A DNA stretch of 52,348 nt, filler included, from Streblomastix strix (lineage: Eukaryota): the NCBI GenBank assembly GCA_008636045.1. It is 2 parts of 2 records of this genome, joined end to end, with 100 filler letters (N's around TTAATTAATTAA, not from the genome) between each part and the next. Parts side by side here need not be neighbours in the genome. Positions count along the whole stretch, not along the records: positions 26,235 to 52,348 come from SNRW01000180.1; 1 more part is not named here. The stretch is one strand, 5' to 3'. Below the pieces are notes generated by a model that did not search any database, was not told where the DNA came from, and was given only the letters and a program-made list of their open reading frames with translations. Every line of letters starts with the position of its first letter. The first letter of the stretch is position 1. Shown here one piece after another: positions 27,594-42,800 of the stretch. Position numbers and translations under genes: made by a program.

Positions 27594-30500
27594 ATGGAGC
27601 AATAAATGTCTAAGTTTCCACGCTTCACACGAAAGGTATAAACATTCCATTCGGTTTTTCTTGTAATAATATAGTTATTTATTTATATTATATATAGATT
27701 AAATCGCTTATAAAAGAATTGAAGAGTAAAATGCAAACGAGTTTTGAAGAAATACAATATATTCTCGCTGATGATATGAAAGTTTGAGAAATTAATTCTT
27801 ATTTTTTCCAATTATGAGTCCATGTTAACTATTTTTTTAATTTTTTATTTATCAGGAGTATAAAAGTTATACGTAGAACACTTAGAAATATTTTAATAAA
27901 TTACTTAAACTGTACAAAAATTAATTTTCAGTTGAAGATGCAAAATAAAGCGAATAAAGGATGATTTTGGACTTTGGAGAGAGACTTGAAAAACTTTCAT
28001 TGAAATTGTATGATATTTTAACAATATTTTTATTAAATATATCACATCCAATATATTACCTACATTTCTTAATTTTTTAATTTACTCACAGAAAAGATGA
28101 ATTCGATCAAAAATTTCATATTGAGCGTGTTCATCGACAATTCCAAGTGTCCCAAGTAACAAATATAAAAGACTCACAAGTTAATTCAATCTCAGATCTA
28201 TAAGCAGAGCTAAATAAAGCTACAGACCAATTAATAATTGATAAATAGATGATTGAGAAAGAATTGGAAAGATAAAGATCCATTGTTCATAACTTACTAA
28301 ATGCTTCTTATAATGAAACTACAGCAGCAATGGAAGTAATGCCATTTAATAATAAAAGATTTATAATTATATTTATTTATTTATTATTATTTATATCTTA
28401 ATTATGTGATATATTTTAGAGTTTAACTATACTCAAACAAGCAATGGATGTCTTCTTACAGGTTTATAATCTAAATGAATATTTACGTTTTTTAAATTAT
28501 TATTATTATATATAATATATTATATAGGATATGCTCACCGTATCATTAGTACCATCTCCACTTGTAGCCATGATGAATGAAAGATATTAATAAAGGCAGT
28601 AGAAATAACAACAACTACAAAATCAGCTGCATTAATAGAAACAACTTAATGATGAGCTTTTCAGTAAAAGTAATAGAAACACTGATAATGGCATAAGCAG
28701 TAACTCAATATTGAACAGCAAGCAATACAAACAAGCTGTTTGGCAGACGAGAGATGGATACGAATATAAGGATGATGATAATTATAATACTAATAATAAT
28801 AGCAATGATATAAATAATAATAATACCTAATATAAATACACAAATCCATCACAGCTGTCTGGTGGATTAATAAAGACATCCACTGATGTATATAATGAAA
28901 CATAAAGAGAAAAAGATATTAAAGAAAGAATCAACATTTCACCAATAAAATCATCTCAAACTTAACACATATAATAATAATTACAATTATAACAATAGTA
29001 ATAATAATAGAATTAATTATAATCAACATCCTAATCTCCTTCATCCACATTTCTATCAATGATTCCACCACCTTCTAATTCTCATTATCATAATCAGTTA
29101 TCTAATCTGAATTCATAACCAAACACATACAATTCATTACTAATGACTCCATCTGAAATAATTTACCCTCAATCTAATCAATAACTATAGGAACAGTCAT
29201 CCACATATTAATACCCACAATTACCTGACCAGCTGCAGAAACAATTCGCTTCGTCTCAATTCGCCAATTCTTCGTATCTTCTTCCGCTTTCTTCATCTGA
29301 GAAAGCACAACTCGCTCTGATTCTGTGGAGGACTGAAGAATAACTAAGCAACAACAGAAATAGCATCAGGGGTATATAAGATATATATATGTGTATATAT
29401 ATGATGTGAATTAGATATAGTAATAATAATAGAAATAATGGTAAAATTGTAATGAATTTGCAAAAGTTAATATAAACATTATTTATTATTTTATTATTTA
29501 TCAGATACACTCAAATTAGCAGTTTCTGAATCATAGCGTAAAGTCGAGAATAAAATAAATGAAATAATAAAAGACGAATTAGAAAATGAATTGATTAGAG
29601 GAGAAAGTCAGAATATTGTTGTTATTAACAAGAATAAGAATAATGATTAGAATGATTAAATTAAAGAAAAGGGTGAAGTATAAGCATAATTAAATCAATT
29701 TTATTTATTTTCTTATTTATATTTAATTTATATTTAATTTATATTTAATTTATATTTATTTATTTATATTTATTTATTTATATTTATTTATTTATTTATT
29801 TATATTATATTTACTTTAATTTTTATTAGTCCTCTACTGAAATAATATCCTAATCATCAACCATAACAACTGGAGTCAATAAATTCTTATATGATTGCAC
29901 ATCTATGCTGAAAGAAAGAGGAAAAGATTGCGGAGTATTGAATATATAGAAATAATAATATTAATATCAATAATTAGAATTATTATATTTATATTTTTAT
30001 TTATATTTATATTTAATTTATATTTATTTATTTTCTATATTTTAAGCATCGAATGTATAATTTGTAAGAGTAATATCAGATGTTAAAGACATAATATAAA
30101 GAATAACAAGAGAAGATGAAAGATATTGAAGTAATTTGAATGAAATAAATAAATATATTAATAGTTATTTTATTAATTAAATTTAATTATGTTTAATAAA
30201 TTCTTTATATTTAAAATTTTCATATTTTTTTTTCAATATCAGTCACTAATAACAGACATTTTTCGTTCAGTCAACTCACTTCAATCAGAAATCAGATTAC
30301 AAACCATCAATTAAGAAGAATTAGAAATAAAGAAGAAACAACATCAATAAGATTAAGATGAGAAAGAAAGAGAATAAAAAGAAGAAAAAGAAAGAATTAA
30401 GAGGTTGAACAGAATAAAACTGTTTACTGATAATAATACATAAGAAGAAGATGAGTAATAATAAGATATTAATGATGATGATGATGAAGAAGAAGAATAT

Positions 30501-33500
30501 GAAGATGATGAATAAGATTATGATAATGATAATGATGATGAATAAGAATAATAAGAAGAATATAATGTCAGTTTTAGAAGAAGAGATAAATTGAAATTAG
30601 AAGAGAATAAATAATTGACTGATTTGGAGAAGGAGAAAGTTAAATCAAAAGACACAGAAAGAGATTTATAGAAGAAAAGAGAATAATTGAAAGAATAATT
30701 GAAATTATTGGATATTTAAAAAGATAAAGTTAAAATAAAAGATAAAGAAATAAAAGATTCTAAAAGACTTTTAAAATGAAAAGATAATTAAGATGAATAA
30801 GAAGAAGAATATGATACAACGAGGAAGATTAACAATAGTTGGAATATGAATAAGAATTCAATTGATAAGAAGAGTGAAGTTTAATTTGAAAGCGATATTG
30901 AATTGAAAAGTACACAAAGAGATAAAGATAAAAAAAGTAGTAGAAGAACAATTCAGAAGATTAATGTAAATGAATAAAATAAATTTGATAAAGAAGATTT
31001 ATTTATTAATAAGAAATAAAATGAAGATAAAAGAACTTATAGAAGTTCATCTGGAATAAAAAGCAAAAGAAGCTAAAAAGATTATTCATCTGAAAGAAGT
31101 AAGAAATCATAGAAAGAAAAAAAGAGATAAAAAGAAAAAGAAAGTCAAAGAATGATATTTATTAGTAACGAAAGATTAAAAGAAAGAAATAATGATAAAT
31201 TTGTATCTATTTAACAGTAATACCCATCATAGTAACCGTAATCATCATAATTATCATCAGAGATACAATAAATGATACAACAATAAATATTAGAGGTGAG
31301 TTTTAAGTAAATTGTAAGCGTATAAGATAGAATAAAGAAACTGAATTAATAATTGAATGAAGATAATGAAAGAGTATCTGAAGTTATAAATCAGATTAAT
31401 TAGGGATAGAATAATGATGATAATATGAGTTAATTTGGAAAAAAGAGTTAATCTACTTCATCTCAATTAGGTTCATCATCATTCTTATAATCATTAATTT
31501 AATAACATTAATAATAATAATTAGAATCATCACCATCTTAGAAATAGTAATAATAATCTGCAGTTATTGAATTAATGAGATAAGGCCAGATGATGCAAAA
31601 CAAAGAACGAGACAATTAAAGAGATATATTTAATTAATAAAAATTTAACTCTTCATCTTCTTAATCATCAGGATTAGCATAATAATATAATCAATTTTAA
31701 CAAATAGATTAATAATAATAATAACTATAACCGTCTCTTGCCAGAAGAGGAAGAATAAGAATCGGAGCAAGGATCGAACTGTGCAGAGAAAAGTGCCTTT
31801 AACTTGAAAATGAAGTACATAGATTGGTTTTGATCAAAAATGAGAAAATTCAAAAAGAAAAAGGTAAAAATAAGGGGAAAATATAACATAACGTTGTAGA
31901 GAATGTAAATAATTTGATCGAAAACTATAAATTAGGATCTTTGATCAATGCAAATATGAATATTACTTCAACATAACCATAATACTAATAAACTTTCTAA
32001 CCATCTTCATCATCAAATTATTCTTATTAATCATCATCTCCTTATTCAAATTCATTTATATAACAATAACAAATATAATAATAATCCTAATAATAATCCT
32101 AATAATCAAATTAAAATGATAAAATTGATATATCACAAGATAAATTAAAAGAGAAATAATATAAATAAGACAAAAATATTGAAAAATAATCTCTATAATA
32201 TTCTGATTTATAAACATCATCTTCTTATTCACCTTCATAATCCAAATTATACCCATCTTCGTAATCAACTTAACATTAGTAATAATAATAAACATCAACT
32301 TCTTCTACTTCTTCTTCTTCTTCTTCTTCCCAAATTCCAGAATATAAACCAGTTTTCTCAAATGCTGCTGCTTAAGCATAATTTATTCTTCCAAATGAAT
32401 AATAATAACAACAATAATAACAACAATAATAGTAATTACCTTAACCTTACACTTCATCTTATTTATAGTCATTTAACAAATCTTAATAATCATAATAATA
32501 ACCTTTCTAATAATAATAATAATAATCTTCTTCTTCTTCACCATCTCAATCGCATAATCCATAATCGTCATTATAATCTTCTTCTTCATAATATCTTAAT
32601 TCAATCCAATCTTCTCCATTCTCTGCTTCAACTCTGATTGAATAATCTGCATTCACTCTTTCAAAGTTGGATTAAATGCATTCATAAACACCATCAAAAT
32701 AAAGATTATCCAATTAAGATGGTTTTAGTTCATCAGATACAGGAATTGGAAACAAGAATGTAAGTTTTGGAGATGAATATGGAAAAACTTATGTTTCAGC
32801 AACACAATCAACACCAAAGGGATAATCAATACTATAATCATCTTCATCATCTTCTTCTTCATCATCTTAGTAACATCCTTCTTAATCATTTACTTCTTCA
32901 TCTTCTTCAATACCAACTCCAAGTTTTGATTAATCTTCTTTATTCAACATCACATCATCTTCATTTCCATCATTTCCATTTACTTAACCAATTTAATTAA
33001 CAACAAATCCTTCATTCCAATAATTGAATAATAACAATTAACCTTCATCTTCATCTTATACTTCATTATCTGATAATAATTAATCTTCTATTCAAAATTA
33101 GAATCTTTATTTCTAAGCATATTCACCATCATCAAATATTCCTAATAAAACAAATTCTGTTTTTGATACTCCAAATAATTTCCCAATATCAAATTAATCA
33201 TAATAATAATATTAATAAACTCAATCTCCTTCTTTTAAATCATAAGTTTTATCTTCTTCTTCTTCTTCTTCTTCTAAATAATAATAATAATCAAATACTA
33301 ATATTCATCCATATTAATAACAATAATTGCATAATTCAGAACTATTAACTTTTGCTGATCTGACTTCAACTCCTGTTGTATCAAAGAATGGATTTGAATA
33401 ATAAAAATAAAACCGATCTTTGTCACCCTCATCTTTGAATTACTCACAATCAACATCTTAATCTTCATCAAAATCAAATTCTTCTTCAATATCTGCATTC

Positions 33501-33599
33501 ATAAACAATTCCTAATAATAATAATAATAATTTGAACCTGCAACACCTATTTATGGTTAATCGAATTCAAAATTAACTTCATTTGTTTTTAAATAGTGA
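27594..33599 (+). CDS. Large coiled-coil plus Q/S/E-rich hypothetical protein, multi-exon; one in-frame TGA
   Basis: ATG 27594 (MEQQMSKFPRFTRK). GT-AG introns join coiled-coil exons. The final exon 30243-33599 is open except for TGA at 30777-30779 (RLLK*KDNQDE). Stop at 33597-33599. Confidence 0.8.
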
Positions 33600-33795
33600 A
33601 ATAAATAAATGCTAATTATTATTTTATAAAGATTTTAAAAGTAAAAATAAAATATATTTATTATTTATTGATTTTATCTTGAGTATTTGAATAATGAAAT
33701 GGATTTATCACTGTTTAAATTTGATTATTAGTGTTAGAAAGTTATACTAGATCTTATATAAAGTACATTTTAATTAGCACAATATATCATTTTAT

Positions 33796-35868
33796 TCACC
33801 AATATACTGCTTTCTAATTTAAAACATGCACAGAGGATGGTGTAGAGAGTTTTTTCAATGATCGAATTGTGCATGAAGAACCAGCATAGTGCATGTATAT
33901 CTTAATAAAAATTAGCAGTAAAAATAAAATAAAACAATTTATTAATTAAATTTCATCATACAATGAAGCGCACTTTCTCATTGATTCCTGTGGCATATAT
34001 AGGTTGCAATACTCCTTCTACAAAGAATATCAGAGTTCCTTTCTCAGAATCGTATTCAGCTTTGATCTTCTGATTATCGTTGTATGCAATGTTGCCTCGA
34101 GTTCCAACTCTTTTATAATAAAAACGATCCCCATTTGCATATCCACTCATTCCATATGAAACTATATGATCACAATCTAATAATAAACAAATATTAAATA
34201 AATTAAATAAAATATAATTAAAGAATAACTGGAACATACGAGGCTTATTATCGGGATGAACACCTGCAGGAATGTTGTAAGAATCTCTAACAATGCCAAT
34301 GGCTGATGAGAAATATTAATAAAAATTAATAAATAATTAATTTAAATGAAAATAAATTATTATATACCTCCAACATTTTAAGCATTGCTGAATTCAGCTT
34401 CCATTTGCCAAATACCATTTTCAAGAACTTATGAAAGTGAGATAGTATTTTCTTTATTATTCTTACAAATTATCCTCTTTAAAACACCATCAACATCTAC
34501 AAAATCAATATTTGATGGATCTGGGTTGATTATTTAAATAGGGAAACCTGATTGAAATAATTGATAAAATTAAATAATAATAATAATTAATCATAAAAAT
34601 TAACAATAATTTATAAACTTAAAGTAATTTATTACCTTGAGTATGCTTAATATTGTGTCTTTTTATTTCTTGCTTCATTTTATGGTTTTCTGTTTTTAAT
34701 ATTCTGATTTCTTCTTCTTTTCTTTCCTTCTCTTATTTCTCCCTGTTTTTCTCTTATTCAATATTTTATACCTTTAATTCAGCTTCATCAGATCTTCTCA
34801 ATAATTTATAATTCTCATCTTTGAGTTTATTTATTTCTTCATCTTTGCGTCTATTTTCCTCATCTTTGTATCTGTTCTCTAATTCTAATTCTTGAATCTT
34901 TTAATCTTTCTCTTTTGTAGAATTAGAAGAAGTGGCATTTATTCCTTATGAATTAAGTATAGCCAAAATGTTTCCTGCTTTTTTCATTATTTCTTTTTCT
35001 CCATTGTTCTTCAATTCATTCAATATTGGAATCAGAATTGAAATTGGGTTCAGATCATCAGCAGTTGTAACCAAACAATAAACAATATCAATAAGTCCAC
35101 ATTTCACATGATAAGGTGGTATATTTTCAGTTTATGAGGAAGATGAAGATTATGAACTATTTGTGAATGCATGTTGAGCTGCCATGATGAATCCAGTTGT
35201 CATCAGCGAATTTCTGATAATTTTATTTTTTTCTATCAATTTTTGAAGTGTTTTACTCCCTTACTCTGATATTTTTTCATCTGGCGACTAAACAAAATTA
35301 AAAATATATGAATAGATAAATAATTAAAATAATATAAATATACAAATAAAGAATGAATTATTGAATCGGTTGCAGATTTTGCAAGAATAATTTTTTCATC
35401 AGTTCCATTTCGAACTCCAATAACATGCAAGATTGTTGTACTCAGAACCTAAAAAGATTAAATAAATAAAAGATTAATGAAAATAAGATAGAAAATTAAT
35501 TACAAACAAATTCTTCATTCTTATCAACATTTCCAACGAATTTTTTCAACAATGACATCAATTTGTATTTCTATGCCAAATCTTTGCTTTCACGGTCTAT
35601 AAATAACAAGAAGTAAAATGAAATAATAAATATATAATAATGAATTAATACAATCCACAATAATATTTAATAGTTGTCTAAGAGCAGGAGTATGAAGATT
35701 AATGCTATCTGATTCAAGATCTTGAATCAAACGAGGAATAATTGTCTGAAAAAGACAACAACGTGAATGTTTAAGATAGAAAATATGAGATATTCATACA
35801 GTAACATCTGCACCAATCATTGTACCAATTACTGCAGTTTTATTAGGTTGATCATTTGATCTTTGCAT
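33796..35868 (-). CDS. ARM-like helical + coiled-coil + C-terminal SPRY/B30.2-like protein, multi-exon
   Basis: ATG 35868 (MQRSNDQPNK). N-terminal IIPRLIQDLES...PALRQLL, then an E/K/R coiled coil, then LENGIWQMEAEF, IGIVRDSY, KIKAEYDSEKGTLIFFVEGVLQP, EKVRFI, ending ...AVYW-TGA at 33796-33798. Confidence 0.82.
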
Positions 35869-36878
35869 CAGAACTAAAAATATAGGAGAATTAAAGTAAA
35901 AAAAATTAAAATAAATTGGTTAAATATTGAATTAATTGAATGAAAATAAAAAATTGAGATATATATTGTTGGTAAAATATATTTATTTGGAAATAACATA
36001 ACAATATATATAAGCAATATATTGTTTAATATGTGTAGTAATAATTTTTGAAAATTTAATTTTATTTGGCAATCTTGAAGTGAATAAAAGACTATTCCTG
36101 ATTTATTGATTATAAATAAAATATAGCTTTAAATTAAGAGATAGAAATATTTTAAATTTAAATTAAAATTGAAAGACTAGATTTTAATTGTCAAAATAAA
36201 ATGAAAAAATAAAACAAGTTCATAAAACAACGAGGAATGCAAAATAAATAAAATAAAATATAAAAATTAATGCACAAATATCATATTTAATTGATTCAAA
36301 CTTTGTGCGATATATCTATAGCTGAATATGTGGGAAATCACGCACCTTTGCTGAAATAAAAATTGTGCCCTATTAGGCATACAATCATTTTTACAGTATG
36401 AAATTATGAGAAAGTTAGAATAAATGTTATTTATGATTTTAATTTTATTTCTAATTATCATTTATTAAACTCATTAATTCGCCTGAAATAAACGCAATTT
36501 TCCTATAATTATATTGTTTAAAGTTATAATTAAAAAAAAAATTATTTTTTATATGTACTCGATTAGAATTTATTTTAACTTATAATATTCCAATTAATTT
36601 CTTGTGCGACGATTAAACTGCCATAGAACTTCTTATTTTTTTAATTGAAATGTTGTGTATGGTACAAGAAGCAGCTGAATAGAACATAATTGTAGATTAA
36701 TATTTCTTTATGTATTTTTATTGATATAAAAAAATTTACAAAATTAATTGAATTGCTAAGTTATACACAAATAAATTTGATTTGTAATAAACATTTCTTT
36801 TAATCATATCAGATATTTCTTGCTAATTCAAAGTCAATTAATTATTCTTAATCCTTTTCGTTTTATATTTAAATCTTT

Positions 36879-39800
36879 TCATTTCTTTTGTTAGAAATTG
36901 AAATCGTCTGATTTCTTTCTGCTTACTACTCCTCTACTAATAACACGATTATTAGTTTTCAAGTTTCCATTGTCCCTTTGATGTAGAACAATATTATCAT
37001 TTAATGGTGAAAGTCTATTTAGCGATTGTTATTGACTTAATGGAGGTGTTCTAACTAGTGATTATTATTGATTTAATGGAGGTGTTCTAACTAGTGATTA
37101 TTATTGATTTAATGGAGGTGTTCTATTTAGTGATTATTATTGATTTAATGGAGGTGTTCTAACTAGAGATTATTATTGATTTAATGGAGGTGTTCTAACT
37201 AGAGATTATTATTGATTTAATGGAGGAGTTCTATCTAGTGATTATTATTGATTTAATGGAGGAGTTCTATCTAGTGATTATTATTGATTTAATGGAGGAG
37301 TTCTAACTAGTGATTATTATTGATTTAATGGAGGTGTTCTAACTAATGATTATTATTGATTTAATGGTGGAAGTCTAGTCTATGATATTGACTATTATTT
37401 AACTAAATTATTTGGCATCTTAACTCTGGAGTTGGGAATATAATATGATTAAACCTTTGAGACAGGTTTAATTGATGGTTAAGCTTTTGAGATGGTACTA
37501 TTGTTAGGATGAACTTGTGAATTGGAAATAAAGGTTTGTTGAACTTTTGGATTGGAAATATTAGATTGTTAATCTGATGCGTTGGTAATATCATATGATC
37601 TGACTTATGAGTTGGTAATATCAAATGATTTGATTTATGAGTTGACTTTGCTTAATGGTGGAGTTTTAATTTATGACATTTGATTATTACTTGCTGATGA
37701 TTTAGAAGGTTCAACGATTGTACTAAGGTCAGAAAGTTGCTGTTCATTATTTTGTTATTTGTTCTCTTTCTCATTTTTCTAAGAATATAATATAAAAAAT
37801 AATAAATTAAGTAAGAATAAATTTAATAAATATTTGTACTGTTATATAATAAAAAATATATTAATATACTAATAGAAGAAATATTAATGAAAATAAAAAT
37901 TATAACTTTCTCTGATACAACAACAATTATAATAATAATGACAATCAAAGTTATAAAAGCCAATATTCCAAAAACAATTCCAATAATTGCACCAACTTGT
38001 AATCCTTTTCCTTTCCCATCTTTTTCTCCTTATTCTTCTGGATCATCTTCTTTTTATGAATCATCTTTTTTATCATCATCTTCTTTTTCAGGATCGTCAA
38101 TCTCAGATTCATCATCTTCAACCTCTTCTTCAATTATAACTTCCAACTAAACAGCTGCATTTTCATCTTCTTCAATATCATGACCATCTTTTCCTGTGAA
38201 TATGTTTCTATCATTTGAAATGAGAGTTCCATATACTTTCTCTTTGTAATTAAGCCATTTGTAATCATTTATTCCAAATGTAGCTTTTTAATCATTCGGA
38301 ATTTCACCTTCAATTGAAATCGGAGAAATTGATCCATCTTCTGGAGGATAAATGATCTCATTTGCATTATTATGAAGTTTCTTTTTGATTTTTATATTTG
38401 AATTAATAGATATTTGCTACTGATTAATTGTCTAATGTTTTTGAGTGAATTTAGATTAATATGATATTTATTTGACTGTAATGAAATTATTATTATTAAA
38501 TATATAATTCATTTCTTTTTATTCTTAATCTATTTCTTCTTATGTCTTATCTCTTAATTCAAATATCTTCACATTCAAATATCCTGGAATCATACTTTAT
38601 CCTTCAAGATTAAATATTAATTTTCCATTTGGATTTGAGACATTCACAATAACTTATGCACTTCTCAGAATTCCTAAAATTCTCCACCAAGGTTCAAGAG
38701 GTTATTATTTCTGTTCTATTGTTTCAAGAGTTGAAGTATTAAATTCAGTTAAATTCATTGGAATTCCTTCTAAATCATTTTCATCAGAATATGTATCGCT
38801 GTAATTTCCTTTCACATATTCTCCTAATATTCCATATTTGCAAAACTCTACAATTTTAGTCATTGCAACAAATAAGCTTTATCCATATTTATCAGCTGAA
38901 TTATTAGTTATATTCATTCCATGAAGATCAATTAATTTCGATATTGGACTATAATCTCCAGATCCTCCAAGAAACAAGCCACCTCCGAATCCAGTTTGAG
39001 AATAAGATAAAGAATTGTTAATAAGAGCTTTACAGTCATGAATAAATGCATCTTTGATCAAAAATGAGCATTGTGTTGAGAAATCAATATTAATATATAT
39101 TCCTCCTCCATTTCCATTACTCTTACATTGATATAGTTCACACGATTTATCAAGAATTAATTATCCTCCAGATTAAATACTTGCATAAATTCCACCACCA
39201 CTCAAAGATTTACATCTGCTGAATTTAATGTTATTTATTTATACTTATCCTTAATTATTTATCCAACAGTAAATTCCACCTCCATCTTATAAACTATTGC
39301 AATTATCTATCAAAATCTATTCTGTAGGATTGAAATTCACAGTTCCATTGTTTGTTTCAAGATAAATACCACCTCCAACACTTGAGCTATTACAATCTGT
39401 GAATGAAGCTGTTCCAGTTATAGTAAACTAACCTCCTGTCCTAGCTTATAAAAATAGACCTCCTCCAGCATATCCTGACAAACAATCTATGAATGAAGCT
39501 TTATTAATTTCAACTGTTGATCTATCTTCAACTATAATACATAATCCACCACCAAAAATAGATGCACATTCTTTGTATTCTAATTCACCTGTTATTCTAA
39601 TTAAGCTTCCAAGGCCTGCTAGTTCTTAGTATTATCCCCCACCTTAATTATTACTATTACACTTATCAAATGCAACTTTTCCAGTAATTGTCATCTATAC
39701 TCCAGAACTTAGACCAGAAAATAATGCTCCACCCTAACTAGTGGAATTACAACCAGTGAATGATATATCCTTAATAGTGATCTATCCTGCAAGATGACAA

Positions 39801-42800
39801 TCGATAAACAATCCTCCTCCATATTCATCACTTCTGCATCTTTCAAACTGCATTTTCCCCTACAAATTTATTTCATAATCTGGATCTAAAGCATTTATAT
39901 AATATCCGCCTCCATAAGCATTTTATGCTGTACAATCTGTGAATGAAACAGATCCAAACATTGAAAACTTACTAAGACCGCCAATATCTAAGCGCATTCC
40001 TCCGCCACAAATAAAAGCTTAACATCTATCGAATGTCATCGAATCCTCTACTGAAAATGAACTGTTTTAACCTTCAATTTTAGCATATATTCCACCTCCA
40101 TATCCCCAAAAAGTTGTTGATATAGCTCTACATTCTGTAAATAAGCATGGTCCAGATATAGTCATTTGTCCACCTTATCCTAAATAATTATATATTCCAC
40201 CTCCATCATAGCCACTCTCGCATTGATAGAATTCGAATGAATTATCGAATGATAATTATCCTTCTGTTTCAACACTTGCATAAATTCCTCCTCCATTTTC
40301 TTGAGAATAGCAATTTTTGAAAGATGCTTTATTAATTCCAATTATCGCTTTATTTTGAGAACTGACAAATAATCCTCCACCTAATTTAGCTTCACATTGT
40401 TTATATACTAATTCGCCAGTTATTAAAATTTAACTTGCAAGACCTATAACTAATAAATATTACCCACCACCAAAACCATTAATGTTGTGACAATCATCAA
40501 ATTCAACTTTTCCAGTTATTGTTATTTTTGCTCCATATCTTAAATAAGAAAATAATGCTCCACCCTAATTAGTGCAGTTGCAACCAGTGAATGATATATT
40601 CTTAATAGTGAACTATCCTGCAAATTGACAATCGATAAACAATCCTCCTCCATTTTTACTACTGCATCTTTCAAACTGCATTTTCCCCTACAAATTGATC
40701 TCATACTTTGGTTAATAAGCATTTATACAACATCCGCCTCCTGAAACATTTTATGCTGTACAATCTGTGAATGAGCTAGGACCAGACAATGTAAATAATC
40801 CTCCATTATAAATATCCAAATAAATTCCTCCGCCTTTATAAAGTGCTTAACATCCATCAAATGTAACAGAATCCTCAAATATAAACTAACAGTTCTCTCC
40901 ATTAACTGTTGCATATATGCCACCTCCTGTACCATCCGATATAGCTTTGCAATCAGTGAATGAACAAGGACCAGAAACAGTCATTTGTCCGCCAGATTGT
41001 AAAGTAGTGATAATTCCACCTCCATCCTAAATACTCTCACATTGATCAAATTCATACGATTTACTAAGAATTAATTATCCTTCTAAATTAATTCTTGCAA
41101 AAATTCCTCCTCCACTCAAAGATTTACATTTGCTGAATTTAATGTAATTTATTTATGTTTATCCTTTATTAGTTATTGAACAGTATATTCCACTTCCGTT
41201 ATTAATACTGTTGCAATTTTCTATCAATATCTATTCAGTCGGATCGACATTTATAATTCCTCCATCATTTCTAAAACGAATTGCACCACCAAAAGTTGAG
41301 CTATTGCAATTTATAAATGAAGCAGTACCATAAATTGTAAATTATGCTTCTAACAAAACATAAAGAAATAGTCCTCCTCCATCTAATCGAGATTTGCTAT
41401 CCGTGAATGTTGCTTTATTAAGTTCAACAGTTGCTTTATTAAATATTTCAATATGCAATCCTCCACCTTAATGAGCTTCACATTCTTTATATTCTAATTC
41501 GCCTGTTACATTAATTTTACAATCTTAGCCGGCTTCTATATATTATCCACCACCATAAGATGCAGAACTTCCAACTCTTCCAGTGCAGTGACATTTATCA
41601 TATGTAATTATTCCAGAAATAGTCATCTATGTTCCAGATTCGAATTTAGAGAAAAATCCACCTCCATACATAGCGGAATTACAATCAATAAATGACATTT
41701 CATTAATTGTTATTTATCCAGCATATGAAGCACCTATAAATAATCCTCCACCATACTCATCACTGTTACATCTTTCAAATATCATTTCTCCCAACAAATT
41801 GATCTCATAATTTGGTCCAGAAGCTTCTATATAAAATGTTCCAGTACCTCCAGTAGCAGTGCTATCACAGTCAATAAATGAACATGAACATGAATCTTCT
41901 ATTGTTAATTATCCAAAATTATACATAAGCAAGGATATTCCAGATCCTGTGAGTCCTGAGCATTTATCAAATGTAACTGAATCTTTAAATATCAACTTAC
42001 TGTACTAACCAGATATAATAGCGTATATACCACCTCCATTTGCATTATTTTAAGTAATTTTGCATTCAGTAAAAGTACATGATTCAGATACAGTCACTTG
42101 TCCACCAGCAGCAATAGTAATAAAGACAGCTCCTGCAATATTAGCTTCACATCCTTCAAATAATAGATTTTTCAATGTCGCATGAGCATAATTGTTAATT
42201 GATAAACCTAAAGCTCCACCTGTAGTTGAAGTTTTGAATCCAATAAAGTTGCAATTTGATATCTCTAATGTTCTGGAAGGCTCTCCAATATTTACATTAA
42301 TTATTCCACCGTGTGAATTTGATACTACATTCGACAATGTGAAGTTAATATGATCAAAGAGAGAATTACCATAAATTTCGAAATACCCATCAAAATGGGC
42401 AATTTCAATTACACTTTATATAGAGCTGCTTTATGGATTATTTGTGAATGTACGTGGTAAAGTTTACGTTGATGATATTGTGAATGGCATAGAAAGAGTT
42501 GTTTTATCCATAATAAATACTGTATATTCAGTTGAAGAGTCAACAGTTCCTCTCAAAGCTGTTGGAGTATCTAATGTTAAACAAGGCTAAGATATTTATG
42601 TACATGAATTTGCATTACTTCCAGTTGTACCAACATAGAACTCATCTCCAGAAACAGCATAGAAATCATTTGATACTATGAACATCAATAGAATAAGAAG
42701 AATTAAATGAGCATTGTTTTTATTCTTCTAATGATTATGATTAATTGATGATTTTCTGTTGATTGAAAGAACTTGGATAAAACATTTTTTCTAAAACGAT

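Noticed and set aside
37001..37396. 36-bp repeat array resembling CRISPR
   Set aside because: The units are directly adjacent with no unique spacers, lie in frame in a eukaryotic exon, and there are no cas genes.
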